This document shows, in pieces, positions 1 through 11,700 of a DNA stretch of 64,000 nt. The stretch lies in the NCBI GenBank assembly GCA_013265495.1, contig MU061578.1, positions 2,551,308 to 2,615,307 of the forward strand, given 5' to 3'. Position 1 is the first letter of the stretch; each line of letters begins with the position of its first letter. The notes beneath the pieces are model-generated. The model was not told where the DNA came from. It was given only the letters and a program-made list of their open reading frames with translations, and made no database searches. The translations under genes were made by a program, and so were the position numbers. The DNA is from Vicugna vicugna (taxonomy: Eukaryota).

Positions 1-529
1 AAGGGGCTTAATCCCCCAGAGAGCGGCTGTCACAGAAGCACCAGAACGTGGGCTGAGAAGGAGAGCACATGGGAGTGGAGAGCAGGGTGCCACGTCCGAC
101 CCCAGCCCAGGCTTCCTTCCTGGTTCAGAGCCTCAACTGTGAAATGAGGCATATAATAGTGTCCCTGGACACTGTGAGGCATGCCTGAAACATTTAACTT
201 AAATCAGCCTCAAACTCAATTCCTCAGAAATGAGCCCAGGGCTCTCAAGGTGCTGCTGCTCTCCAGAGTTGTCCTAAATTTCTTCCCTCAAACCCCTGGA
301 ATCATCACTCACTTCAATCAGGAGACCAGAGCCCTCAGCCTCCTCCCCACCATCTTCTCCACTACCTCCCCTTCTGCTGGCTTCCCTCAATGCCAAATGT
401 GCCTCCTACTTTTGTACAGCTGTTACTCTGTCTCCTGGCCCTTCACAACACATGCAAATACACACACATAAGTGTACACACACATGCACACTCATATATG
501 TATTTGCACAAACATGCACATACTTGTCC

Positions 530-820
530 AAGCTAACACCCTTCAAAGTCTCAGCCTATGTGTCAGGAAAGCAGGGAAGACTTTGTGATACTCTTCACCT
601 GGGTCTGGGTTGGATCTCCCTGTGACAAACTCTTGCAGCACTGTGCAGTTTTCCTTTGCAGCTCTGACCACAATTTCCAATAACTATTTCCCCAGGAAAA
701 TGTCTATTTAACATCTGTCTCTCCCACCGTCCATGAGCTCCATGGGAACAGAGAACTTCTGTCCTGTTCACCCAGCATGTTGCACATAGAGTTAAGTTAC
801 ATGGAAGTCACTGAATAATA
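530..820 (+). mobile_element. L2 LINE 3' fragment
   Basis: tctgtctctccc...tgagctccatgggaacagag...tgttcacc resembles the L2 3' end; old and diverged. Confidence 0.6.
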
Positions 821-1298
821 CAGGGAGAGAAGGAGTTGTACCCATTTTAAAGATGGACACATTGATCCCAGCATGAATCAGCAGTCACCAGGACTCAGCC
901 TTCTAATCCCCTAGGAGGTGACATATATTTAATTCATTCACATTTATCACGGACATTTTCAAACACACATACAGAAGAGTATGCACTACCAGACCCCCAC
1001 ATCGCTACTGTCTGGCTTCAACTGCTACCCATTTTCTGCGATTCTTGCTTCATCTGCCCACCCTTCCCACTTTGGTTAGTTGATTAATTGGTTTTCTTAG
1101 AATATATCAAAGCAAATCCAAAACATATGTCAAGAGTATCACATATATACTTCAATGTGTATTCCTAACAAATAAGAGCTTTTCAATACATAGCCATGAT
1201 ATCATTATCATGCTCAACTTAATTAACAATGATTCCTTAATAAAATCAAATGAGCCCAGGTCTCAAAAATATATTTTAATAGTTTTTTTGAGGGGGCG

Positions 1299-1323
1299 GT
1301 GTGTGTGTGTGTGTGTGTGTGTG
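1299..1323. repeat. (GT)12 microsatellite
   Basis: Perfect GT run seen directly. Confidence 0.97.
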
Positions 1324-1348
1324 AATTAGGATCTTAAGAAGGTCCACA

Positions 1349-2163
1349 AGGTATCACCTCATACCAGTCAGAATGGCCATCATTCAAAAATACACAAATG
1401 ACAAATGCTGGAGAGGCTGTGGAGAAAGGGGAACTCTCCTACACTGCTGGTGGGAATGTGGTTTGGTGCAGCCACTGTGGAAAATTCCTAGTCAAAAGAC
1501 TAGGCATAGACTTACCATATGACCCAGGAATCCCACTCCTGGGCTTATAGCCAGAAGGAACCCTACTTCAGGATGACACCTGCACCCCAATGTTCATAGC
1601 AGCACTATTTACAATAGCCAAAACATGGAAACAGCCTAAATGTCCATCAACAGATGACTGGATAAAGAAGATGTGGTATATTTATACAATGGAATACTAC
1701 TCAGCCATAAAAAACACCGACAACATAACGCCATTTGCAGCAACATGGATGCTCCTGGAGAATGTCATTCTAAGTGAAGTAAGCCAGAAGGGGAAAGAAA
1801 AATACCATGTGAGATCGCTCATATGTGGAATCTAAAATACAAAAACAAAAACAAACAAAAAAAAACAAAGCATAAATACAGGATAGAAATAAACTCATAG
1901 ACATAGAATACAGACTTGTGGTTGCCAGGGGGGCGGAAGGTGGGAAGGGATAGACTGGGATTTCAAAATTGTAGAATAGATAAACAAGATTATACTGTAC
2001 AGCGCAGGGAAATATACACAAAACGTTATGGTAGCTCACAGAGAAAAAAATGTGACAATGAGTGTGTATATGTCCATGTATGACTGAAAAATTGTGCTGA
2101 ACACTGGAATTTGACACAGCATTGTAAAATGATTATAAATCAATAAAAAATGTTCAAAAAAAA
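1349..2163 (+). mobile_element. 5'-truncated lineage-specific (camelid-type) LINE-1: ORF2 C-terminus, 3' UTR and A-tail
   Basis: ORF 1590-1835 (MFIAALFTIAKTWKQPKCPS...WYIYTMEYYSAIK) is the L1 ORF2 C-terminal domain; G-rich 3' UTR and AATAAA/A-tail; TSD aagaaggtccaca (1336-1348) / aaaaagttccaca (2159-2171) at a TT/AAGA endonuclease site. Confidence 0.95.
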
Positions 2164-2319
2164 GTTCCACATATTGCATTTGGGTGATGAGTCTTTTAAA
2201 TCTCTTCTAATCCATAACAGTTCTTCTCCTGTTCTTCAAGCCCTTCATTTCTTGATGAAACTGGGTCATTTGTCCTCCTATGTTTCCCTATCGTGAGTCC
2301 ATGTCTTTAGCAGAGACCT

Positions 2320-3147
2320 GCAATGGGGAATTGCTGACAAGGCATTCTCCCTGTCAAAGGACCCCTGGGATGGCATCCTGCCCTCTAGACTCTGCAGGTA
2401 TCACAAATCTTACATCCACTTATGGTTTCAGGTCAGCTCAATGCAAAGAACACTTGCCTGATCCTATTCTGGTAAAGTGGTTCCCAACTCTCTGTCTGGG
2501 AACTGTCCAGAGCCTGGGAGCCAGAGAGGCTGCAACTCCAGAAGGAGGCGGTACTGAGCACCTGGGTTAGAGAAGACACTATGGAACCAAAGGAGGTAAA
2601 AGGCCTCAAGAAGATGCCCTTGGGAATCCTCCTTCTTTTTCTGCCAGGGATTAGAGAGTTACTCCAGAGGCAGGGCTAAGTGACCAGATGTCTGCAGTCT
2701 GACTGTTCATACGTCTGCCTTTGGATGAGCTGATCATTTTAAGACATCTCTGCTGATCCCCCACATGCACTTACCTAGAGCCTGCCATGGCCTTTGGAAT
2801 GGACAGCCCAGAAAAGCCAGACAACTTGGTCTTTAAGTACAAGAAACTGACACAAGATACAGAAAAGCTGGAAGGTGGGAACATATCGAGGTGTTGGATA
2901 GGACTCTGGGCAAGGTAACTATCCAAACTCCCCTCCAGCTGAGGGTCTCTGAATCCTGGTAGAAATTTACCTCCTTGAGATAAGCAAGCTCAAGAAATCA
3001 ATCTACTCTCTCTGCTGGAGTCTCCAGGCTTCAAGGAGATAATAAAATGTTCCAACTAAATAGAAATTTCATTTATCTTTGGTTTTTCTAGGTTAAGCCA
3101 AGACTCAGATGAGGCTATGACTATAGGGCAGGGGCCCTGAATCTAAC
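2320..3147 (+). mobile_element. Possible ancient solo LTR (MamGyp/ERVL-like), unassigned
   Basis: ~830 bp TG...CA-bounded block with AATAAA ~100 bp before the end; no TSD seen; family not recognised with certainty. Confidence 0.25.
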
Positions 3148-3372
3148 ACTGAGTGGAAGATGTTCACTTGTTCATTCATCCATTTGGCCACCTACCAACC
3201 ATCCTGATTGTCTCTTATAAGTTCAGGTCTACTGGATGTAGGGATAATGGTAATTGCAATGACATCTGACCTTCAATGCACATTTTGCCATCTGGTATTG
3301 TGCTAGATGCTTCATTTCATTTACCCATCACAATGAAGATTGCCCACTTAGGGTAGATACTGATACACCCAT

Positions 3373-3944
3373 TGTATGAGTTATCTATGCTACATAACAG
3401 ATTCTCATAAACTTAAAGCAACATTTAATATCTCAGTTTCTGTCAGTCAGAAGTCTGGGTGCAACTTAGCTGTGTCCTCTACTTCTGGGTCACACCAGGC
3501 TGCAATACTGATGTCAGTGGTGCTGTGGCCTCATCAGAGAATTGACTGGAGAAAGACATGCTCCCGAGCTCCCCCAGATTATGGGCAGGATATGCTTACT
3601 TGTGGCTATAGGACTGAGGTTTCAGTTTCTTGCTGGAGGCCACCATCATCTCCTCAAGGCTGCCCACAGCTCCTTGCCATGGGGGCTTCTCCAACAGGGC
3701 CATATGCCTCATAGCAGTTTGCTTCTTCCAGACTAGCAATGGAAAAAGAGCAAGTTTGCTGGCAATGTGGAGTTCTGTGGAACATAACATAATCATGGGA
3801 GCAGCATCCCATCACCTTTGCCACATTCTACAGGTTAGAGGCAAGTAATGGGTGCCACCCACACTCAAAGGGAACACATCACACAAAGTCATGAGCACCA
3901 GAAGGCAGAGACCATAAGGACTACCTGAAAGTCTGTCCACCACA
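3373..3944 (-). mobile_element. MaLR solo LTR (MLT1F/G-like) inserted in a MIR
   Basis: tgtatgagttatctatgc...catcccatcacctttgccacattcta...gtctgtccaccaca; MIR pieces on both sides (~3250-3372, ~3945-4070). Confidence 0.85.
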
Positions 3945-4259
3945 TGCATTAATTACATGGACAAAAAAATAAGGCTCAAAGGATAGACAACACTTCCCTT
4001 CTGTCACACAGCCAAGCAGAGGACCTGGAATTAGAAACCAAGCTTGAAGAACTCCAAGGCCTATGATCTCATCCATAAGTGCATTATTCAAAGAAGCATC
4101 ACTGCCCTTAAGGAGTCATGGTCTCCCTTACCTACAGTAAAGACAGCAACAAATCATGCTGATCCAATTTGGCAAGAATCTAACAGTCAAATATACAAAG
4201 AGCCTGGACGGTGGGGGGAAGGTTGGCTTTGCCTGGGGGTCCTTTGTGTCTGGCCTTAG

Positions 4260-4670
4260 GATGAGTTAGATCGATGGAGAAGAGATGTGAGAGAACACGA
4301 GTGGATGTAACAAAAAATACAAAAATGAAGCAGTCTGAGATGCTGGCATGTTCCCACACTGCCAGATAGTTTTGTGTGGCTGAAACCTAAAGAAAATGAA
4401 GGAGGCTTGAAAGGACACTACATGGAAAGGACAGGTTGGAGACAGGTTGTGAAGGGTGTAGAACGCCTGGTTTGGAACTGGGGACTTTGAGCACTGGGAA
4501 TGGAGGAAGAGGGCAGACCAGAGGACAGCACCATCAGATTATAAGTGACTCTGGCTGGACACAAGGTGGCCAGTTAGGGTGTTACAGAATCGATCCAAGC
4601 AAGAGATGGAGTAGAGCTGCAATGACAAGAAGAAAGACAGACTTGAGGTAGGTTTCAGGGAGAAAGCCAA
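4260..4670 (-). mobile_element. L2 fragment
   Basis: tgtgtggctgaa...ttggaactggggactttg...atccaagcaagagatgg resemble antisense L2. Confidence 0.55.
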
Positions 4671-5717
4671 AAAGTGAGACTTTTAATAAAAATTGAGTCA
4701 GATCTCACAATGTAGGGGTAGGGGTTGTAGTGGGCAGGGTGTGGTATACTGTCTGTTATGATTTCAAATCCATGTTTTGAAAGCTTGTTTGGGACAAAGT
4801 TTTCTGTGGTTTGAACTTGTTTTAAATAACTTGTTTTGATGAAACTGTTTTGAAGTTGGATATTTGGTCTTTCTTACCAAGCTCTCGCACCTGGAGTGGA
4901 GAGGACCATTGTATTATTGATACCACAGTAACAGCACTGGTGCCCATCATGTGATGGACTTCTTTTAAACTTTAAAAACCAATAGGTTTGTCCAGCAACT
5001 CAAGAGTGTTCTGCCTAGGAAAGGCTACTCTTTGCTGATCTAATAGCTCTCCAAAGATCTTGTGACACTTGCTCCTGCCATGGCCAGGCTACTTACTCTT
5101 GGTCAGCAGTGATGTAAAGCCATGCAGCAGGCTCAGGAAGAGGAGGGACATCTGCTCCTGCCTTAGAGAGGCTACTTCTTGTGGGCAGTGACACAAGCCA
5201 CGGAACAGTCCCTGGGGTCATAATCTGCAGAGCAGCCCACCTTGTCTGCCAACATCAGTATCATCGCCCGCCAGCTACGTGTCCCAGCAGCACAGGACCT
5301 AAGCCAGCAGCCGATATCCAGCTTTTAGTCAGAAGGACTGACTCTACAGAGAACCAACTCATAGAAAGGTACACTCTAGCTGCATTTGGACTTTCTTTCA
5401 TCTCCCCTTTGCTGGGAACAATAATGTAATTAATTTATCATGGGTTTGGACTGTGTTATGTCTTTATTGGTTTATTAAGAGACATTATCCTGTATGCTGT
5501 TGGTTTGTGAAACACTATTACTGTAAATCATAATTCCCACAGTGAACCCGTGTCAAATAAATTATTGGCAAAGACAATCTCAGTCTCTGAGCATAATTTG
5601 CCCTGAGCAGAACAAGGCGGCACAGTGGTTCCTGGCATGCCAGGGAGGCAAAGGAGGGCAGAGACTGGAGCAATGTGGACTCCCTGGAAATTGTTTTAAA
5701 GACAATTGTTTAAACTG

Positions 5718-6015
5718 CCTTACTAAGGAAATAGATCAGATCCAAAAAGAAAAATATTGCATGATTCCACTTACACGAGATATCTTGAACAGGTAAATTC
5801 ATAGAGACAGAACAGTGTCTATCAGGAGCTGTGGGGAGAGGGAGAAGGGAAGCAGTATTGAACAGGTGCTGGGTTTCTGTTTGGAAGTTGAGAAAGTTCT
5901 GGAAATGGATAGTAATGACACAGCACTGTGAATGAACTTAATGCTACTGAATCGTACACTTAAAATGGTTAAAATGGCAAGTTTTATGTTGTGTGCATTT
6001 TACCACAACTATAAA
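5718..6015 (+). mobile_element. L1MB-type 3' end
   Basis: atattgcatgattccacttac...aaattcatagagacaga...aaagttctggaaatggatagt...acacttaaaatggttaaaatgg...ttttaccacaa. Confidence 0.9.
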
Positions 6016-6720
6016 GGGGGTTGGGGAGAAAGCAGTTTTCTTTTGGGAAAGGTGACACAGGGAGGCACTGGAAGCAACAGCACAACTGAGCCTTCTCCAA
6101 ACCCCAGGGCCCTGGTCTGCTCCCCTCCAAGAAGCCACATTTGCAGGGTGAAACCTTCAGGTGCCAGCTCTCAGAAAGAGCCATGTATCAAAAGTGACAG
6201 TCTAATGAATGTCCCTGGTCGTCAGGGACCCACTCTCTTCTAATGTTGTCAAAATCAGAATCTAGATGTATTTCCTTAATGACGTAAGGGGCAGAAATCA
6301 ACACAGAGCAGGGAAGCGCCACCTCCTTGCAGACCCAGTGGGGCTGCCTTACTCCTGTCAAATGTACCCAGGCAGCCAAGTGTTGGCCCCTCTCTTTGAG
6401 GAAGCCAGGGCTGACCCCCAAACATTCATCCAATTGATTGACTGACTTGGTGAATAACTGTGGGGCTTTGAGGTTGTACCTGTGTCTAATGCTGGGCGGG
6501 CAGCGACTCAGAACAGTCGCAGCTTGGAGCTCTGAGCCTGGGGGCTGGAAAGGCAGGAAGAGAGCCAGAGGCCATTTCCATCACTCTGGGAGCCAACTTC
6601 ATTAGGAGACCCCAGAGTCAGGGCCCCACCCTGACCGCTCTCGTGGACCCCCCGGGCTCACACTCCAGCTGATTTTTTGCCATTTCTCCCCAAAGGCTTA
6701 ACCTGCCCCTCAGGGTTACC

Positions 6721-7091
6721 ACATCCCACGTGACATCTCTTTAGTGCTCCATTAAATTTGCAATGAAAGAATGAGATCAGCCTCGTCCGTGTTGTTGCAA
6801 AATAACACGTAAGTTATTTTATGCAAGGATAAGTTCAAGGGTATAAAGGTTCTGGACAACGTGAGCTGTTAGGCAGAGGAACTGGAGTCGCTGGGCAGAA
6901 GAGCGCGCAGTGTCTGTGCGGCGCTCCTGCTGTTCACACGGGCTCCGAGGTGATTCCCTGGCAACCCCAGAACAGGCCGAGGGTGGGTTTCGTTTGTCCG
7001 GGTGGGTGCATTTGCTCCCGCCTCTGCGTTTGTTTCTCTCCCAAAACTATAGAATCTGAGGACTGAGGGAGCTACACAAACATCCCACGTG
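6721..7091 (+). promoter_or_regulatory. Candidate promoter/enhancer island
   Basis: Repeat-free and CpG-enriched; CACGTG at 6727 and 7086; C/EBP/PAR-bZIP-like TTGCAA(T) and TTATGCAA (6819-6826); TATAAAG at 6842-6848; possible donor GAG|GTGATT at 6950. Confidence 0.4.
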
Positions 7092-7122
7092 CAGTAAACA
7101 GAGTAATAACCCTCAAAGATAT

Positions 7123-7558
7123 TGTTATGGGTTGAACTGTTACGGGTTGAACCTCAAAAGATGTCCAAGTCCTAAACCCCCTGGACTTGTGAAAGTGATT
7201 TTATCTGGAAATAAGGTCTTTGCAGATTATCAGGTCAAGATGGGGTCATTAGGGTGGGCCCTAATCCAATATGGCTGTGTTGTTATGAAAATGAGAAATC
7301 CGGGCAAAAATAGAGGCATGTACAGAAGGAAGAATGATGTGCAGATACAGGGCGATTGTCATCTACCAGCCAAGGAACGCCTGAGACTACCAGGAGCTGG
7401 GAGAGAGGTAGGGAACAGTCCTCCCCAGCCCCAAGAAAGAACCAACCTGCTGACATCTTGATTTCTTGCCTCCAGAACTTCGAGAAATAAGTTACTGTTG
7501 TGTATAAGCCACCCAGTCAGTGATATTTTGCCATAGCAGCCCAAAGAGACTAAAAACA
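7123..7558 (+). mobile_element. MaLR LTR (MLT1B/C-like), 5' LTR
   Basis: tgttatgggttgaac...ggtctttgcagat...gggtgggccctaatccaatatg...agccaaggaacgcc...cctccagaact...gcagccc...aaca. Confidence 0.9.
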
Positions 7559-8320
7559 GAAATTGGTACCAAGAAGCAGGATGCTGCTCTAACAAACACC
7601 TAACCATGTGGAAGTGGCTTTGGAACTAGGTAATGAGTAGAGGCTGGAAGAGTTCTAATGGGCGGGTCTGCATGGCCATGAGCAGACCATTGAGGGTGAT
7701 GCTGGTGAGAGCTCGGAAAGAAAAGGGAAAATCTTCAACATTCTTAGAGAACTCCTAAGCAATCACGATAGAATGCTGGTACAAATATGGACAGTGAGGC
7801 CCACTGTGCTGAGGCCTCAGATGGAAACAAGGAACGTGTTACTGGGAAGTGGAGGAAAGGTGGAAAGGTGATCCACATTATAAAGTGGCAAAGAGTGTGG
7901 CTGAACTGTGTTCATGTCCTCGTGTTTTGTGGAAAGCAGAACTTGCATGTGATGGGATTGGATACTCAGCTAAGGAAACCTCGAAGCAAAGGGTTGAAGG
8001 AATAGCCGGGTTCCCCATGCCTGCTTAGAGTAATATGTAAGAAAGAATTTGAAGGTGGAATTGTTAAGCAAAAGGAAACCAGAACTTAAAGATTTGGGAA
8101 ATTCTCAGCCTATCCATGTTGAAAAGGAAAAAGCATGATCAGGAGACAGCTCTGAGGGTGGGGCAGGTGGCCATTTGATACAAAGATGAGCGCAGAGCAG
8201 AGACAAAAGCCGAAGAGCTGTTGTTCAAGACAACAGACTCATGACTCCAAAGCAATTCAAAGATCATCAGAGCCGCCACTCCATCACAGGCCACAGCAAC
8301 TCCCCGAGAGCCCCCAGAAA
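7559..8320 (+). mobile_element. MaLR internal sequence (MLT1-int), partial
   Basis: Starts right after the LTR with gaaattggtacc...atgtggaagtggctttggaactaggtaatg...agaggctggaagag, the characteristic MaLR-int start. Confidence 0.85.
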
Positions 8321-8466
8321 GGAACACAGACCTGTCTACTCCTTGACTGTAGCCCCATAACACCCATTAGACTTTTGACTTCCAAATCTATGAGAGAATA
8401 AATTTGTCTTGTTTGAAGCAACTACATATGTGGTAATTTGTTACAGCAGCAGTAAGCAATAATGCA
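8320..8466 (+). mobile_element. MLT1 LTR 3' portion (MLT1D-like)
   Basis: gacttttgacttccaaatctatgagagaataaatttgtcttgtttgaagcaactacatatgtggtaatttgttacagcagcag. Confidence 0.8.
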
Positions 8467-8659
8467 GCAAGTTTCTTTAAAGCTCCATGCAAAGTGGCTT
8501 TCATAAGAAAAAACAGTGTATATCTTGGTTGTATTTCTAAGAAATGTTCCTGCACTCTGACTGGGATAGCACGAGGCATAAAATGGTGGGAAATAAGAAG
8601 ACATTGTACCAGCTGGCTGAGCTTCTCACCAGCCAGGATGCTGGATCAACCACCCCAGG

Positions 8660-9000
8660 GCAAGTCTAGCTTCAGGTATAACATAATCAGGCCTCAAAAG
8701 ATGCCACTAGGATCCAGTCTTCTTTCTCCATGTAAAGGCTCCCTGTAAAAGCTACCTGTAAATGTAGGTAGAATCCAGCCTCCCCTTATATTGACAAGAT
8801 GGCTGCCTCAGCTCCAGCATCACATGCACTCTCCTTTAAGTCCAGTGAGGAAAAGAGTGACCATCCCCTTCCTGATTCCCTGGCTTTTTTTGAGCCACAT
8901 GCCCATTCTGGAACAAATCCTTTGGTGTGGGGAATGCAGTGTGGTGATTGGCTTAGGCGTGAGTCATCCCTAGGGATGTAGGGGTAAAGCCACATTCCAG
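8660..9000 (-). mobile_element. Old MaLR LTR fragment (MLT1J/K-like)
   Basis: agcttcaggtata...aagatggctgcc...cacatgcccattctggaacaaatc...gattggcttaggc. Confidence 0.6.
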
Positions 9001-9519
9001 CCTTATAGAAGCAAAGATGAAGGAGATTTACATGTACTGATACAGATACTTTGTTAAATTTTAAAATAATATGTAAAAAACACAGTTTGCATATTTACAT
9101 ATTTTATATACAACTATATTTTAGAAAGTAATATTATACAAGTGGTATAATGTATATAACTCTTTAAAATATACTGTTAAACAAAAAGTTGATGAGGGAT
9201 AACTTTTTAATCTGAGTACTAGTTCATAAATATGATCAATTTGTTAATATTTATAACCTGTACCATTGTTATGCATACCCTTTTATGTATCTATATTATA
9301 TGTCAATAAAAGAGTTTTTTAAAAATAACTTACAGATTAAAAATGTATAGTATGACATATTTCTAAGGAAAAGGAAGATAAAAGGATTGAGGGAGGGAGG
9401 GAGAAAACAGGGAAGGAATTATTAAAAAAAAACACAAAGATAGACAGACAGAGACAGAGAAAGAAATGCCAAAAAGGATACTCCCCAGATGCTAAGTGGC
9501 TTCTTTGTACCTAGGAGCA

Positions 9520-9735
9520 CAGCAGCTCTCAGCCTGGTTGATACTGCCTCCCGGGAGACAATGGCAATGTCTGAAGACATCTGGGGTTGTCACAACTAGA
9601 AGGAAAGGGGATGCCACCGGCATAGAGTGGGCAGAGCCCAGGGATGCTGTCAAACGTCCTACAAGGCACAGGACAGCTCCCCAACAAAGAAAGATCCAGC
9701 CAAATTGTCAACAATGCCAAGGCTAAGAAGCCCTG
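9520..9735 (+). mobile_element. MER20 (hAT-Charlie MITE)
   Basis: ggcaatgtctgaagacat...ttgtcacaact...cagggatgctg...gcacaggacagc...aagaagccctg. Confidence 0.9.
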
Positions 9736-9891
9736 TTGTACAGATAAAATTTGAGCAAGCAAAGCTGAGAAAGAGGTTTTCCACTTTTTTTTCCTCTTTT
9801 ATAATTCATCCTTTGGAATTTTTACAAAAAGCATATATTATCTTTATTATTAAAAAATACAAGAAACATCCCTCATGGTGACAACATAGAT

Positions 9892-10107
9892 CAGGGGTCA
9901 GCAAACCATGGCCTGAGGCCATATTCAGTCCACTGCCTACTTTTGTACAGCTCAGCAGCTATAAAATGGTTTTTTACATGTCTAAATGATTGCATTTTAA
10001 CCGGTTCTGCAAGTACCTACGTAACATCTTTGGTTTTGCCTCTTGGTCAATAAAGTCTAAAATATTTACTATCTGGCCTTTCCAGGAGAAGCTTTCTAAC
10101 CCCTCTG
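9892..10107 (+). mobile_element. MER58C-like hAT MITE
   Basis: caggggtcagcaaac...aaaatatttactatctggccttt; degenerate 8-bp TSD acatagat/atttagac. Confidence 0.85.
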
Positions 10108-10246
10108 ATTTAGACCATGACTTTTTGTAAGTTTCCCACTAAAAAGATCCCCCGACCCCTGCCCCTGTCCTAAGTGATGTGTTACATCTTCTGAGATCCA
10201 TTCTGGAAAGATAGGTGCAGCAGAAACCACTAGCTGCCCACACAGT

Positions 10247-10761
10247 TGTATTAGCTTCCTATTGCTGCTGTAACAAATTAACACAAACTCTGTGGCTTAA
10301 AGCATGCGTTTATTACCTTACAGTTTTGGAGGTCAAAAGTCTGAAATGGTTTTCACTGGGCTAAAAATCAAGGTGTTGGCCAAGCTGCTTCCTTTCCAGA
10401 CATCCTAGGTGAGAATCCATTTTCTTAATCTTTTCCAGCCTCTAGAAGCTGCCTGCATTCTTTGGCTTATGGCCCCTTCCTCCATCTTCAAAACCAGCAA
10501 TGGCTATTAGGGTCCTTCTCACATAGCATCACTCTGACTCTGATTCTCCTGCTTCCCTCTCTCCTATTTAAGAACGTTTATGATTACATTGGACCCATCT
10601 GGATAATCCAGGATAATCTATCTCCTCATCTCAAAGTCAGACAATTAGCAACCTTAATTTCTTCTGCAATCTTAATGCCCTTTTTGCTGTACCTAGCATA
10701 GTTACAGGTTGCAGAGATTAGGGTGTAGACATCTTCAGGGGTCATTATTCTGCCAACCACA
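10247..10761 (-). mobile_element. MLT1D solo LTR
   Basis: tgtattagcttcctattgctgctgtaacaaatta...tgattacattggacccatctggataatccaggataatct...attctgccaaccaca. Confidence 0.9.
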
Positions 10762-10774
10762 TCAGACATTTACT

Positions 10775-11165
10775 CCCTACCCCTTTAAGAGAACTCCAGC
10801 TTCACTTGCAATTAGGTGTAGCCAGGATATTATGTATCCTGTGTTTGTGCAATTTCCAAAAATTCTCCTTAAAAAGAGAGGATAGTCCCTTCATAGCACC
10901 TCCTCAATTCTACTATCTAAAAATCAGATGTGATAGCTGGAGCTGTAGCAGCCATACTGGGCCAGGACACTATCACCTCATGGGCATGACAGAACAGATA
11001 ACTGAAAGGACCCTGGATCTGTGATGACTTTATAAAGTCACCAAATCAACCTAGAGAGCCTGCCTTGCACCTATTTATATGTAGTAGAATAAAAGTTTGT
11101 GTGTTTAAATCTCTGCAGGGAGTGGGGGGAAAGTTCTGTTACTCACAGCAAAATGAACTTCCTAA
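10775..11165 (+). mobile_element. MLT1J/I-like LTR
   Basis: gatgtgatagctggagctgtagcagccatactgg...aataaa...ttctgttactcacagc. Confidence 0.7.
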
Positions 11166-11189
11166 AAGATTCTGAGGATGAAACTATTA

Positions 11190-11700
11190 ATTTATTCACT
11201 TATCCCTCAACATGTGTGAAGAGCTTACTGAGTGCAGTAGAGTGCTAGGTGATGGATATATAAACAGAAACCTGCCATGGGCAGGTACTTGGACTCCATG
11301 GGTTTGCAGCCTCAGGGAGAGACAGTTAGAGCACGCTGCAACACAGTGTGGAGCTTGCTTTCTAGAAGTATGACACGTGGGCTGGAAAGGCATCAGCTCT
11401 GCCTGGGGAGAAGGGAATGTGTAGGGACCTGTAGCTGATAAAGGTGAGAGAGCCTTCTAGGCAGTGGGAACATCATGACCAAAGGCAAAAATCACAAAGT
11501 TCGAGTGGGGGGTGAGGGGGGACAATGACACAATCAATGGATCAACTGCCAAATGGGCAAAGTGGGGAGGGCAAGACAGGTAATTTGGGGGGAAAGTAGC
11601 AAGGTTTACGTGTGTGAAGCTGAAGAGTTTGGCATATATGTTGGGGCCACTGGGAAGAGCCAGGTGGGTGGCTGAGCAGCAAGGGGGCAGGTGTTAAGTG
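11190..11700 (-). mobile_element. L2 fragment
   Basis: ttcacttatccctcaacatgtgtgaagagcttact...gtgctaggtg...ctaggcagtgggaacatcatg. Confidence 0.6.

Larger units (their letters stand above)
935..2290 (-). mobile_element. Old L1MC-type 3' UTR fragment, interrupted by a younger L1 at 1349-2163
   Basis: cattttcaaacacacata..., ttaacaatgattccttaata and aggtccaca...ttgcatttgg...gaaactgggtcatttgtcc resemble antisense L1MC4/5; the sequence resumes after the young L1. Confidence 0.65.

Noticed and set aside
1590..1835. 81-aa ORF as a gene (also 22240-22494)
   Set aside because: It is the C-terminus of L1 ORF2 in 5'-truncated, non-autonomous copies.
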